From the human T2T-CHM13v2.0 reference genome, Homo sapiens: a DNA stretch of 64,000 bases. The translations under genes and the position numbers were made by a program. The notes under the pieces are model-generated. The model was not told where the DNA came from and searched no databases. It was given only the letters and a program-made list of their open reading frames with translations. How positions within the stretch are numbered: position 1 is the first letter of the stretch; every line of letters starts with the position of its first letter. The DNA lies in the NCBI RefSeq assembly GCF_009914755.1, contig NC_060928.1. One strand, written 5' to 3'. Positions 14,991 through 34,778 of the stretch are shown here, one piece after another.

Positions 14991-15649
14991 TAGAATCTTC
15001 CCTCATCTCCCTCATTTGACCTTTTGGAAAACCTCCTGTTCATCCTTCAAGACGTAGTTCAAATGTTACCTCTTCCGTGAAGTTTACCCGACTTCCTCTC
15101 CCATCCGCATTCCACTGGAATCCCCGGTTCTTTTATCTATATTTCTGTTGATCTTTGATACTACTCTTTTATAACACATGAGATTGTAATTAATTGGATG
15201 CACCTGACCACAATCAAGTCCTACCCTGGGAGCCACAATATCATTGGGCAAACTTTAGTCTATTGTCCAAACTGTAGCATATAAAAGCCGTGTCAAAAAA
15301 GGAAAAGCTAAAACATCCGCTCTACCTGTGAGTGCTCTTCTTTGAATGTCCACATTAATTACCCTGAACCTGGAACACTTTGTTTTAAGACATGGATGAT
15401 CAGACGGTGGAATAAAGGTCAAGATGAAGGATAGAGGGAAGAAACAAAGATATGTTCTATTTAGTAGGTTCAGGGCAATTCGTTTCAGAAAAGTTTCTTA
15501 CATTTATATACTACATGCATGACTATATGCATATGATCTATTTATTAAAATTGTTTTTATTCAGCATGTGTCACATAGACCCAATTTATTTTTGGAGAGC
15601 ATAGACTAACATAAAAAATAAATAAATCTGGCCATGGCAGCTAATTTGA

Positions 15650-16106
<457 letters not shown>

Positions 16107-17755
16107 GTATGTGTTTTATTTGAGTGTGTATAGATGACTTTTCCAGTGAAGAACATTCATTGTATCCCAGTCAAATATTAAAAATAAGCTGTTCTCCTGG
16201 CTTCTATAAATCAGATTTCCACGCACACAATCCTGGAAGAGTATATCTGTGCACATGCCTGCCCTGGAGCTATCCGTTAGAACTGTCCTCACAGTGACGT
16301 GGAAAACTTTGCCTCATCTGTATAAGGTCTCGTCTTTAGAGAGAGGAGAAAGGATTGGGAATTTCAGGCTTGAATCTCTGAAGGTGCAAAGCTTGAAAGG
16401 TTGAGATGGAGAGCAGAGTCTGGGAACTCTGTGTCTCTGCCTTGGTCTGTGACAGATGGGGCCGGGCTGGTCTCAAAGCCGTTGCCTAGAACTCAACCGT
16501 GGGCTGGCGTTACCCTTTTGAACTCCCCCTGCCTGCTACAATTCTTCTCTGCTCTATCATGGGTCCCAGGACAGTTTCTGCTCCAGACTGTCTGAGGAGC
16601 TTAGGGAACTCTGAAAGGAAACCTTTTAAGTCTGCTTTTCTTGAGAATGCTAACCCTGCAAAACTTGGCCAGACATCACATTGGGTCTCCCTCTGTGGTG
16701 ACTCAGAAATCTCAAGGAGAGCAGGAAAATCTAGAGGAACACTCATAATGTTGAAAGGGCCAGAGGGCAGGAGGGATGAAATTTGTGTTTCCATTGAGTG
16801 GGTGATATTTTTCATTTCAAAGCCTGATGTAAAATCTTGCTGGTTTTTAGTTATCTACAGATTGAGAATATAAACACTGCTATTAAAATATTTCATCTCT
16901 CCCAAATGAGGCCATGCACAAATTTCCTTCTATGTGCAGAGCCTTCAGCAACATCCATACCAAGCACAGGCAGACATCCAAATCTACTCTTTTTACTTGA
17001 AGGGAAACAGTGCTATCTCTGTAGGAGACAGAGGCTGAGGGAAAGGAAGAGAGGGGTCTTGGAAGGTCAAGGCTGAGTTGGGGGAGAGGGCAACATTAAT
17101 AGGTCAGGAAAGGCAAACCAATTATAATGATTTCTTTCTATCACTAGCAACATCTACTCTGGAAACGGTTGTCTAAGGTTATGCCCTTTCTGGTAATATT
17201 CAGACTTGGAGTACTTAAGCTTAGTTAAAAGAATTTGCTAGCACTTTAAATGTTGGATTGCTGGCGAGAATAGAAAAGCCTGTCTCCCTTCAGGCAAGGT
17301 CCTGCCCTGTGCTTTTGTGTGTACCCCTCTGCCCTGAGAATAGCTGGGCTATTGGAGGTTCACACAGTCAATAACCACTGAACTGCACCCGTGGGTAGCT
17401 CTCCAGTGCTGCCTGCTCATTTAACAGGTCCTTATGGAGATGGGCCTGATACACAAGTGCTGGCGATCTTCAGGACAAACCCAATAAAATGAGAGAACCT
17501 AAGCTTGGCTTCTAACCTTCCTGGGAAAAGGAAGTGTCTGTGGTTTTCATAGAGCATTCAGATCTTTTTTGTACTTCTGTCTTTTTCCATTGAAGATGGA
17601 ATTGTTCTACCCTCTCCAAAGTCAGCCCTGAACCAAGGGGTTTTCCATGACTTTCTGTGACCATCAACATTCAACTGATGCCTGTTTCCTATACACTTCA
17701 GAGAGAGCCAGAGCTTCACAAGCTTTTGATTCCTAAGAATCAAAACTTAGTTTCT

Positions 17756-18057
17756 GGGCTGGGCGCCATGGCTCACCCCTGTAATCCCAGCACTTTGGGA
17801 GGCTGAGGCGGGTGGATCACTTAAGGCCAGGAGTTCAAGACCAGCCTGGCCAACATGGCAAAACCCCGTTTCTACTAAAAATACAAAAACTTAGCTGGGC
17901 ATGGGAGCGGGCAGTTGTAGTCCCAACTACTTGAGAGGCTGAGGCTGGTGAATCACTTGAAGCCAGGAGGCAGAGGTTGCAGTGGCCAAGATTGCACCAC
18001 TGCATTCCAACCTGGGTGGGCAACAGAGCAAGACTCCATCTCAAAAAAAAAAAAAAA
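17756..18057 (+). mobile_element. Alu (AluS)
   Basis: Full dimer; TSD CTTAGTTTCTG. Confidence 0.95.
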
Positions 18058-19049
18058 CACCTTAGTTTCTGAAACCCATAATGCAAATACATGTTCCTCC
18101 AAAGGTCTCAATGTTCTTATCTCAAAATACACATTTTATTGCTTTTGAAATACATGATTATCATATCCCTTTGGCATGAATTTGTATGAATCCTTAGATT
18201 TAAGTATGTAAAATATAATAAAAACAAAAGTGTGTGAATACCCCCTACTGCAGAGTTATGCAAGCCTAATATTCAAAGCATGACATATTAAATATTATAC
18301 CTTAAAGACAGAATTAGAACATGAACACATGTATAATGTCTTTGCCTCAACTTCAAAAATGCACAGTTGTTGAGAGCCTGGAAGAGACATTCAGGAACGG
18401 GCTGCAACAAGCCTTGCTCTGGTGTGGTCCTGCTTATCCAATTGTTGATCAATAATGTCCCTTCCCGGAGGCATAGAAGGCAGGCACCCATACATTCACA
18501 CCCACAAAAATGTCACCTCATTCCCCAGAGATTGCCAGTCTGGGCATTGACCTTCACTTAAGCAGGGCATCAGTGTGATGTGGTCCCCCTGCTGGAAGTG
18601 GAATTGTTTCTAACTCTGGGTGCCCACACCATAGAGGGCTTGTCTACACTTGGTCTCAGCCATCACCCCCCAAACACACCCAGCTCTTTACCACCTGATT
18701 CCCTCAAGGCGAGTCTCCTTCCCTCTGCCAGCACCCCTTGGTTGTAGCTTTGGGGACCCTGGATGTTTGAAAGTTTCATTTGTCCACAATCCAGGTATAA
18801 GTCCCCCTTCCCTGGATTCTAGGGAGGGCAGCAGCGGCATGTCGTTGTCACTCAGCTTGCTAATCAAGAGAGAACCCCAGAAAGAGTATTTAGGAGATAA
18901 GAGGGGTAGTATATATTTTTGTAAATAGAAACTTGTTTTCTATTAATAATTAACCATTTTTCTGATAGCAAAAACATCAGCACAGGTATACTCTATCCAT
19001 TTATGGTTGGTTAACACACAGAACCTTTTCTACTGAGTAGGGTTAATAA

Positions 19050-19250
19050 TACTTAGTATGTGCCTAGCATTCAACACTCACAACAGCCTTGCGAAATAGG
19101 ACTATTTTTATTCCCATTTTACAGGTAAGGAAACAGAGACCAGAGGTGCAATAACTTTCTTAAAATGACTAGAGTGAGCAAGTGACAGCTAGGACTTGAA
19201 CACAGGCTGTTGGCCTTCAGGATCTAGGCTCCTAACACAATGCACCAAAG
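19050..19250 (-). mobile_element. MIR fragment
   Basis: ATTCCCATTTTACAGGTAAGGAAACAGAGAC core. Confidence 0.7.
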
Positions 19251-21234
19251 CCAAGTCAGTGCCAAAGTTATTCCATACAAACGGCACTTGTTCTCTCACC
19301 CTTTCAATGTTCATGTTATCTCTGCTCTTATTTTCATCTTCATTGTACACCTCCCCTTACATGTATTTGCAAGTCTCTCACTTTGCAAAATGGAACTGAT
19401 AAGTACTAAACCTCCTCAAAAAAAGCACAAACAGCCCCAGAGTGATGATGCCCAAAACTTAAATGACCACAGCAACCAGTGCCATGCCAGTGAGTTTTGG
19501 AGCTGAGCTTTGGTCTTGTCCATAGAAGCTTTTAAGTTGAAAGCTTATAAATAGAGGGTTTCTATATTCTGTGAATGATAGAGGTACACAGTTCCAATTG
19601 TATTCTGTATTACGTGTATGTGCCCTCTTTGCATAAATGTGCCTGACACTGTAGTGGAGGCCAGCTTCTTGAAAGCAAAAAAACACGCATCCCATTCATC
19701 TCTGTATTTCCAGGGCTCAGCACTAGTGGGTGCTCAATAAATATACTGAATGAATGAATAAAAGTATTACTGCAAAGATCAGTAAGTCCCATGCCAAAAA
19801 AAGAAAGGAAGAAAAAAGAAAGGGAAGGAAGGAGTGAGCGAGGAATGAAAAGAGAAAGAGGGAAAGAGGGAAGGATGGTGAGCCTCTTCAGAAAGACGGC
19901 CGCTCATGCTTGCTCTCTTGGGCATGGAGTGGGTCACTGGCTGGACGTTTAATGGGTTTACATTATTCCTTAACAGTCATTGTTTCAAAATGAGGCATCT
20001 CTGATGGCTCCATGCTGGCTTGTCTCTTTCCGCCTATGACATTCTCTCAAGAGTTTAGAGTAGGAGAGGATTTTAGAACATGATAGTAACAAGTAAAATT
20101 AGTATTTTTTGGACTCCAGGTACCTGTTTGAAATTATATTGTTTAGAATATAACAATAACAGTGAAATTAAATTGTTGTCTTAAAGTGAATAACTGTAAA
20201 GCCATGTGTGATCTGAACCCCCGAGCCTGCCCTTATCTATCAAAATCCTGGTGTCTGAAGAAGTCCAAAATGGAAACACACTCTGAACAGATTTCCGGCA
20301 GGAGCTTCCACCAGGTTTTCTTCGTGGCAAGCCCTAGAAATAGTCTGGACTACAAGCAGGTCTTTTTAAAACCATGCTCCTTTATTTAATCATGAAGATT
20401 TAAAGTTTATAAGTTTAGAAATTCAGGGATAAAAATAACCCACTGAGTGTCAGGCCTGATTGCTAAGTGCTGTTCAGGTGTGATCTCACAGCTCTCTCAG
20501 CATTTTCATCACTGCCACCACTTCACAGGTGAGAAAAGTGAGGCAGACAACAGACAAGTTACTGGTCTAAGTGGTAGAATAAAAATATAACCCCAGCTCC
20601 AGAGCCTCTGCACTCAGCCATCATCGTGTACTGCCCCGCGGTGAATTTCATCTAGGATATGCCAAGACCTGCTGATTTTTCGTCACTTGCCTTTTCTTAT
20701 TAATGTCTGTTCCTTGGCGACAATGGCATCTGCTGAGCCCCACCCGGCCTCCCCACCCACCTCGCCGCCTGTTCTCTCCCTCAAATCCGAAAGGTCACGG
20801 GTACACACCCAACTTCAGATAGCATTTAGTTAGCTTCCCCTCCAACACTGAGGAAATGTTCATTAAATGCTCCAGCCATTTAACAAGTCTATTTAACTTC
20901 ATTTTCAATTTAACCATGTATTATTTCAGTTTCCTTTTCCTCCGTATTGTATAGCCCTGGGAATAAGAGTTGGAAATGTGCCTATCATAAGCTGAGTCAC
21001 ATTTTATGTGTCCCCTCCTCTCAAGCCACTGTTTTCTCTCTCTTTTTTTTTTTTTGCGATTAAAAAAAATATATATATCCTGTGTAAAATAAAACAGATT
21101 CAGAAAACTGCGTAAAACAATTCATTATATAATTTGTATATATAATGAATGAAAGAAATAGAACTTTCTCCTTGTACTTGCCTCAGAAGCCATGTGACCC
21201 AAGCCAGTCACAGCCCCTGCCACCTTCAAAGTCA

Positions 21235-23870
<2,636 letters not shown>

Positions 23871-25794
23871 AAATATTCCCAGTACACTTGATAATTTGGG
23901 ATCCCAATCTGGCTTGTTATATTTAGTCTCTGCACTAAGCTCTAGCTACGGTAGCTACAGTTTACTTAATGACCAAATAACAACCTTTTCTTCCATTTTA
24001 AATTTTGTATGACTTTGGCTGAGGGTCATTGAAAAATCAAGGATGGGAATACACACACACAGAGGCACACACATATACACACACACACACACGCCCCACA
24101 GTCTTACATGGTGAGGTCCTGACTGAAGTTTATTAGGAAAACTAGGAGAGACAGGCCACAGGACTTTTCAACCTTCCTGAGTAGAGCTAACAGGAGACTA
24201 AGCCTACTCAGTGAGTCTCAGTGAAAACTGGGAAAGAGGGATACGGAGGAGAAGCAGTAAGCACTGCTGCAGTTATGGCTTGGAAGAATGCTGTTAATAC
24301 TGCTTTATCCCATCATTGCTCCATTGTCCAGTCTTGACACAGGACTTCCTGCCGCCTTAGACTGAAATAGAATCACTGCCCCAAGATAAATGTGATGGGG
24401 GAGACGGGGTTTAGGAAGTGATTATCAGACACCTGCATGATAAGAGAAAATGGAAAGCAAAAACAAGGAGATAAGAAGGAAACAAGCCCAGCATGTTCCC
24501 ATGGGTTTTACACATAGACTCAGAATATCAGTAGCAGCAGGGACTGTGGCAACCCAAGGCCACAATACCCAACTAACAGATAAGAACACCAAGGCTAGAC
24601 TAGAGAGGCTGTTCATCTGAGAGCATACTGGTTTGTTTTGTTTTGTTTTTCCCTCTTCCTGATATATCCAGAAAATACTTCCTCCTCCCAGCCCCGTTTA
24701 GCAGTAACTTACTTCCTTGGAGAACAATGCCTCAACCCATATTCAGGCCTTAGGTTGGTACAGACAATGGCACTTTACATGCGTGGGACTCTCCCCACCC
24801 CCTTCATTCAATGCTGCCTAATGAGCACTCACTTCTTGGGTCTCATCACCAGTCCTGCACTGTAATTCAGGGAGCCAGCTGCCTCTGCCAACAGTGTAAG
24901 TAATCTCAGGCTATTTTATAATCAGTCCTGAAGAACCCAGAGGGGGCACCAGACTCACCTCAACCTCAGATTATGTTTTGGATCCACTTTTCTTCGTCTT
25001 GGATGAACTTTGTGAACTTTGTGTTTGTGGGAGAGCACAGTGAAGGATGAACAAGGAAAAGGAAAAAAGGGGTAGGAGAACCAAAGGCAGGACAGCTTTT
25101 CCTTCCTCTTTTCTTTCCTGAATTTTTTTTTCTAGAGAAGTCTTCAAATATTCCAGCCTCAACTTTTGAAAAAGAAAAAGCAGAATGTTTTTAGTAGGAT
25201 CTTTTTGTTTCTAGCTTACTGGGAGACAGTGGGAGGATGGACACTTTTGAGCAGATATGCATCACCCAATCAATCATCTCCAGAAGAACATCTGAATCTC
25301 TAAGGAATTGATCCAAATTGTTAATAATACTTGTGGTTTAAGACAGATAGATGAAACACCTTGTATAATCACTATATTCAATGTATTTGACTCATGTATG
25401 GGACTTAGAATATAAATTTTAATAAAGTAGAGGCTTAAGCTTGCATCTTTGCTTGTGTGTCGTACTATGGCGCGTAACTGTGATTTCCTTGCTGAATCCC
25501 TTTAGGGCAAAGCTGGCTTTGGTCATGATCAGATTTAGGGTGTCTAGCACATAGTAGATACTTAATAAATATTTACATAACAAACCTTTACATGGTACTG
25601 ATTATGTACCAAGCACCGTGCTAAATACCTCAAAAATTTAAGCTCATTTATGCCTTACTTGCGTAAGGAAACTGTCATTACTATCTATATTTTACAAAGA
25701 AAACTGAATCCAGAGAGACTGAGCACCTTGTCCAAGGTCACACAACTAGTAAAGGGAAGAGCCAGCATTTGAACCCAAGCAGTCTTGCTCTTTT

Positions 25795-25935
25795 TATTTG
25801 TTTATTTAATTTTTGTACAGGCAGAGTCTCACTATGTCACCCAGGCTGGTCTCAAACTCCTGGCCTCAAGCAGTCCTCTTGCTGTAGCCTTCCAGTGCTT
25901 CGGGATTATAGGCATGAGCCACCGTCCTCCGCCAA
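25795..25935 (-). mobile_element. FLAM / Alu left monomer within a MIR (~25590-25960)
   Basis: Single left-monomer match; GTCTTGCTCT / GTCCTGCTCT flanks. Confidence 0.8.
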
Positions 25936-26779
25936 AGAGGTCCTGCTCTAAACACTTGCTAAGAATACATTGACATTGAATTTTTCAGTCATTAATGTTA
26001 TGATGCTTATGAAATCGTGACATGATTCTGCATGAAAAATGGGGATTATATGATGATTTCATTGATCTAAGACAGTTAACTAGACATCAGAATATATCTT
26101 CACTTCCTAAGTTACCCACTGGTTATTGATTCTATGTTGGTTGATCTATAAGGAGGCATACATTTGTTAATGTACTCCTTACTCAACATTACTAATTACA
26201 TTTTTACTTTAAAAAGCATCAGTGCTTCTTCTCTTACTATATGGAAATTAAAGATTCTTTTTGCAATTTTGTTTCTTATTCTTTCTACATTCTGTAGTGT
26301 ATTAGAAACATGAAATTACTCCTTTGTTCTTCAGGAACTGTTCATTTGAAACTCTCCAACATAAGGATGCTGGGGAGAAAACATTCCTATGTTTTATTTT
26401 GATAATGAAATATTGTGTAGTTTTAAAGCTTAGACATATAAACTTCATGTGAACATCATATATATATAAAAAATCATATATATATAAAATATCATATATA
26501 TACACACACACATGTGCACACCCTTGCATCTAATTTATAAATTCTAAGATAGTCATGAACATACATTTTTAGATTCTGTGACTTATTTGGCTTTTAATGC
26601 ACCACAAGGTAAAACTCTTTATACTCTGTCATATTTTTGTATTTTCTACCCACTTAGGGGAGACTACAATTATATAAAAGTTGCTATAACATTTTTAATT
26701 AATTACTTGACTCCAAATAATTCCCTGTAACATTCTAAATTTAATCATTTGACTCTGAGTAGATTCGTTCCTCATTTAA

Positions 26780-27202
<423 letters not shown>

Positions 27203-27622
27203 TAGCACTCTCTGTGCCAAAATCCTATTTTCCCCTCTTTTCCCTTAGGCAGGGCATGCACAGAGCAGATCTATTTCCTACCAACCTTTTTTCCCATGGC
27301 ACACACAGCTGCCCCTTGGCAATAAGATGCAGTCCCTGACTAATGCAGCATTGCTCTCTGAAGATTTTAATCCAGCTTTCTTAGTCTCACCTAGCTTTAA
27401 GAAAAATGAGAGGCTAGATATTTTGCTGTTTCTTACTAAGATTTGCATTGCTCATACTATAGGTGCCCTGTGTAATTGCTCTAACATTTTCTCTTCACAC
27501 AAGATTATCCAGTATTCTCTCTTATCCTGCCTCATCCTTTTCCTTTTCTGTAGCCAGTTGTTATGAAAGGGGTGGCCATGGCAGACACTGTTGCAGTGTA
27601 ATGTCAAATATTATATATTTAA

Positions 27623-28128
<506 letters not shown>

Positions 28129-29429
28129 TGAGTAGTAAGTTTATCCTCAGGGCCTTTAATAACACCAGCATGGAATCAAAATTAGGAAAATTACTGGACT
28201 TTGGCTATGTATACACCAGGTTCGTGACTGTTGAACAGGATGATGTTTGAGAAGATTTACTGAGGTTTTGGGGGTATCTTCCTTCCCTGCATTTTGGCCA
28301 GTTTCAAGTCAGAAGTGGGCAGAGCCTAGTTGATTGCAATGGAAAAGGGCAAACCAGGAGCCAGCAGCTGGAGAACCACCTTGAGCACTGGCACATAGAG
28401 CACAGTTGCTCAGCATGGCTGGTGTGGTGGAGGGGATAACTATGACATGGTGTATGGCCAGGGGCAGAGGCCGGGAAGCCTGTCGCAGCACAGCATGTTG
28501 CAGTGACATGATGACAGGAAGCCTCGGAGCAAATGCTGTTTGGAGATTTGAGGGAGGTGAACAGGCTGTCAGCATTGAGGAAAACTGTCAGCAGACCACA
28601 GTGATGCAGGCGCTGGGCTGTAGGTCAGAACTCTTAAGGATTATTAAGATCATACCACTTTAGTAGGGCTGGTTACAAGGTAGGATACCAGGAGAGGAAT
28701 ATAGAAATGAGGGACAAGACAGGCAATTCAGAACACAGCTCACAGAAGCCCGGAACAAGACTGGACCAAACAAGTTCAAGTACAGGCTAAAAGTCATGCC
28801 ATCATTATATTGAAAAGATGTGATGAAAAAGTAATGTACCCACTGACTGATTTTGCCTTATTGCTTGGGCATAGTGAGAAGGCCCTCTCTTCCTATCATT
28901 GTTTTGATAAAAGAAAAAAAAAACAAACTACCCTGGCACCCATCAGAGCTAAATGCTGTCTCTACCTGCCTTCCCCAACCAGGTTCATGCCTGGTTTGCT
29001 TAGGGATTATCTGATGTTACTAGCCATGTCTCTTCTTGCCTCCACTGGCATGGAAAATCTGGGTAACCACAAGCAAACTTGACCAGACTGCTACCAATGC
29101 CTGAAACTGAATATTATAGTACAACCGTGTGACACATTCAAAGATGCTGACTGCTGTGGAACACTGAGGCGCAACAGAACTTCACGAAAAGAAACTTTTC
29201 AGTGCACCCTCTGTTAGCCAACTCTTTTTGAGTGTGCTTGCAACTGTGCTGTTGATGTAGAGCGAATTATATGTTTAATTTTGATCCCAAACCATAGGTA
29301 GATGCTTAATTTTTAAAATAGGCAGATAGTGTCTAGAAAATTAGTAGAGAAAAGTAAGTTTAAGCTAAATATAAAAACAATGAACAGAATGTTTCCTATT
29401 TACATGTTTTGTTTACTTTTTGTCTAAAC

Positions 29430-30134
<705 letters not shown>

Positions 30135-30924
30135 TTAATGGATAATGGCAATATTTATTATTTTGATTTAGTTAAATATTTATTGCTGAGTACCAGTTAT
30201 GTTCTTATTACTCAGTATTAAAGGAAGATTTTAAAACTCCTGGCAGCCTCTGATCTCCAGGAGCTCATAGTATAAGAGAGCTAAGCAATAATATTGCAAA
30301 GCAGTAAAATAAGCATAATACAGAGAGACCCATGTGCACTGGGACAGTTTGGTCTTCAGGAGGAGGGGTGGATCTAGATGAGTCCTGAGGGCCAGCGCAT
30401 ATTTCTAAAGACGGGAGAGACAGGAGAGCATCTAGGGGAGAGGTGATGAGACCAGGAGGAGCATGAACAAAGATTATACAATCAGAGAAAACGAATAGTT
30501 AAAAGAAAGCAGGTAACTAGGCTAGCCAGGGCAAGATGATCATGCTGGCTGTGCCTCTTCACCTTCATCCATAAGATACGGAGAGTAACAGTAGCTTCCT
30601 CGTAGGGCTGTCATGAAAATTTAGAAAGTTAATATTTGTAAAATTCCTGGAGTTGTTCCTGACAAAGAATATATAAGTATTTGTCAAACAAATAAATGCT
30701 GGAGGTAGAGGTGGGGATTGGTTGATAAGATATGGTAAGATGGAGTCAGGTTGAGGACAAGAATAATTTTCCAAAAACACTTTGATGATGTAGCTGTATA
30801 GTGAGGGACCTGTAGTGTCCACTACCTTCAGGACAATAGCCAAACTCCCAACTAGGCTTTCATAATTGTCCCCTGATCCCAAATGAGTGATCAGTAAGTG
30901 AGGAATGTAAAAGGTAACTCCTGA

Positions 30925-31300
30925 GGCCAGGCACTGTGGTTCACGTCTATAATCCTAGCACTCTGAGAGGCCAAGGCAGGAGGATAACTTGAGGCCAGGA
31001 GTTCGAGACCAGCCTGGCCAACAATAATGAGACCCCATCTCTACAGAATATTAAAAAAAATTTTGGTCTGAGAGCTAGGAGCAAGAGCTTAGGGAAAGGA
31101 GGAATAAAAGGAGGTAGTTGGCTACCAACAGACATCTGAATTCTTAACCAATGAAGAGAAAAAATGTAAAAGTGGTCCCAGCCGCTTGGGAGAATGAGGC
31201 AGGAGGATTGCTTGAGCCCAGGAATTCAAGGCTGCAGTAAGCTGTGATTGTGCCACTGCACTTCAGCCTGGGAAACAGAGCAAGACCCTGAAAAAAAAAA
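30925..31300 (+). mobile_element. AluJ interrupted at the monomer junction by a 105-bp foreign insert
   Basis: Left monomer to ~31062, right monomer resumes GTCCCAGC at 31175; flanks AAAGGTAACTCC at both ends. Confidence 0.9.
31070..31174 (-). repeat. Inverted duplication 2, inserted copy of 34673-34778
   Basis: Reverse complement match; first 41 bp identical, about 8 substitutions and 1 indel overall. Confidence 0.93.
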
Positions 31301-32795
31301 GAGAGAGAGAGAGAAAGAAAAGAAAGGAAAAGAGAAAGGTAACTCCAGTTCCAGCACACAGTGCCACTGCAGGAGTGAGGAAGCCACGTGGGAGAATTAT
31401 TTTGTGGGAAAAGCTGAGGAATGCTTTTGCACATGTTGTATTGGAGGTACTGGTGCCCAAGTGGAGACAGCCTGAAGGCAGAGGGCGGCTTGAGTTGGGG
31501 CTAGAGATGGACACTTGGGAACCATGAGCACAGAAGAGACCACAAACATGTTGAGACAAGGGAAGCGGGCGGGAGAAAGAGCAGGGCATTGAGTCTTGAA
31601 CATTGCTCACACCTTCATTGATTTGGAAGAGACAAACTGCTGCTGTCAACCCAAGTTTGGGGTAGGCGGAAAAGTGGATACAGAGATTCTCTACCTCCTC
31701 TTACTTGGGAATGTAAGTCAAATGTGAGTTTCATAGCAGGAAGAGCGTGAAGTTGTTAAGTGCACAGTAGTCCATGAGAACAGATTTTCCCATCTTGAGC
31801 AGACTCTGCAGAGCCACAAACAATGCCGCCTTATGAGCTCTGGTCAGTCTGGTCATGGGATACCTGTGGGGATTTCTTTCCTGTCGGAGCAGTGGCTTCC
31901 GTGAGACTTGGCAAAGAGGCTGGTCTGAGGAATGCTTCTGGTTGTGGGTACATTCCAGCCCAGGGTGGTGTCCCAGACATTTTCCTTTTAATGAAGCCCC
32001 AGCTTTTTTCTCCCTTTTGCTTTTTTTTTTTTTTTTTTTTGTAATGAAAGGGTTGTTACAAGGGAAATACAATGGGGCCCTGGCTGTGTTTCATTAACTT
32101 TTAATTTAAGCTGTTAGTATGGAATTAGTTAGCAGACTTGTGAATCAATTAGCTAGCCAGTGGGATTCCATTTTAACAAGGGGAGCACTGTGCGCTCTCG
32201 GATGCTAGCTATGTGTGTGAATGCGGAGTTTAAGGAGCTTCGCTGTTTGTTCGACATCCGAAAGTGAATCACAGTCCTTGTTCCTGCCTCCTCTACTGGT
32301 TCCAAGTTCACTCGGCTAGAACATGCTGTGCATCACCCAACCCTTATCTTCTCTACAAATACAAATTTGGATTACTGAATAAATCCAGTGGAAATTCATT
32401 TTTCATGCTGATGAACTCAAAGACTTTCAGAGTTAAACCAAAACAATGCACTCGGAACTATAGTGAAACATTTGAACATTTACCCTTTGATCCAGAGTTT
32501 CCCCATATTCTGGGAAGCAGTAACTCCTGGGCAATTCTGCAGTCTTCTGAAAGTTCTATATAAGCTTAATTGTCCTTCCTCATTTGCAAACCCCACCTTG
32601 GGTTTGGGAAGATCTGACAGCTGCTGTCTGGGTTTGGCGTACTTACCCCGTTACTGGTTGAGAGGAGACCCAGTTAACAATTTCAGCCTCAAATTTAAAG
32701 TCCAGTCATCTCAAAGGAAGACAGTGACATAACAGGGAGGCCTAGCTGGCTTTAAAATAAAGGGAGAGGGGACAGAGTCAGTTCTAATAAACTGT

Positions 32796-32798
<3 letters not shown>

Positions 32799-32853
<55 letters not shown>
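32799..32853. repeat. (TA)n microsatellite
   Basis: Perfect run of about 27 units. Confidence 0.95.
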
Positions 32854-32855
<2 letters not shown>

Positions 32856-33024
32856 CATTTTAAACCCAACTTGAAGAAAGTTGCTGAATTAGCATCAGAA
32901 AGCCACAGAAAAATGCATAGAGGGAGAGAGATAGGCTTGTGATTCACATTAATATTTTGGGCAATGGAATACAGTGTGACCAATAAAAATGATTCAAATA
33001 GTATGGTAGAAGTATACTACTGTC

Positions 33025-33652
<628 letters not shown>

Positions 33653-34445
33653 TACATATATGTTTATGAATATTGGAACATTTAAAAAGCAGTAAATATA
33701 CTATGAAGTACAATTGAATTTTAATTTCAGAATATTATATGCACACACATATACTGTCAGCAACAAAGAAAAAAACTGGATAGAAAATTATAACACTGTT
33801 ATTAATTAAAATTGTTATACAAAATTTGAGAACAACTTGGGGGTTATAAGAACATGAAAAGCTGTGGTTTGCAACCTTCATAGGGTCCCAAAGCAAGATG
33901 GAAACATCCCAATGGGAGGTTAACACTTGACAATCTTATAACAAGGTCTATATATCAAACTTATTATCTATCCATCTAGCTAGCTAGCTAGCTAACTTAC
34001 CTTCTATCCATCTGTCCAGCTATTATGTATATTCATGAAACTCATTTTTAAAACATGGGAGATAATGGCTCTAAATTTCAAAGAAATGTTTACACCTTGC
34101 CAGGAAGGTTTTCTTTTCCCAAGTCAGGGAGTGAAAGATGTCTGCTAATTCATTCGTGAACTTATTTACCTATTTTTTCCACAAGTATTTATTAAGAACC
34201 TGCCCATCAGCCAGGTAATCAGGAATCCTAAGATTAAATTATTAGAGTATTTTTCATTGTTCAAGTTTTCTCTTTTCAGTCACATTATGTGTGTGCCTCC
34301 TCTGAGCACAAGAGATCAAGGGAAACTACTTACAATCTTGATTTATAATAAGTGCGGTTTATCTGGAAGTAGTATTGAAGTTTTCTTACAATTGAGCATT
34401 TTTTCTAGAAGGGTGATGGTACTGCATTGGTAAGACTATCTAAAC

Positions 34446-34632
34446 CTGTGCTGTCAGCACAGTAGCCACTAACCACATGTGGCTATTTAAATTTAAGTAA
34501 AAATTCAGTTTCTCTATAACTGTAGCCACACTTCAATTGCTGAATACCCAGATGTGGCCAGTGGCTGTCATACTGAACAGTAGAGATATAGGACATTTAT
34601 GTCATCACAGAAAGTTCTCTTGGACAATGCTG
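34446..34632. mobile_element. MER3-like hAT-Charlie MITE
   Basis: TAGCCACTAACCACATGTGGCTATTTAAATTTAA...CAGAAAGTTCTCTTGGACAATGCTG; 8-bp TSD ATCTAAAC / GTCTAAAC. Confidence 0.85.
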
Positions 34633-34672
34633 GTCTAAACCTAATTGCTGAGAACACTTGTGTATAAAAAGG

Positions 34673-34778
34673 CACTTTTCACATTTTTTCTCTTCATTGC
34701 TTAAGAATTCAGAAGTTTGCTGATAGTCAACTACTTTCTTTTATTCCTCCTTTCCCTAAGCTCTTGCTCCTAGCTCTC
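34673..34778 (+). repeat. Inverted duplication 2, donor copy in unique sequence
   Basis: Reverse complement of 31070-31174. Confidence 0.93.

Noticed and set aside
31731-31870. Minus-strand peptide MTRLTRAHKAALFVALQSLLKMGK after a CAG, considered as a coding exon
   Set aside because: Weak polypyrimidine tract, no recognisable homology, no partner exons.
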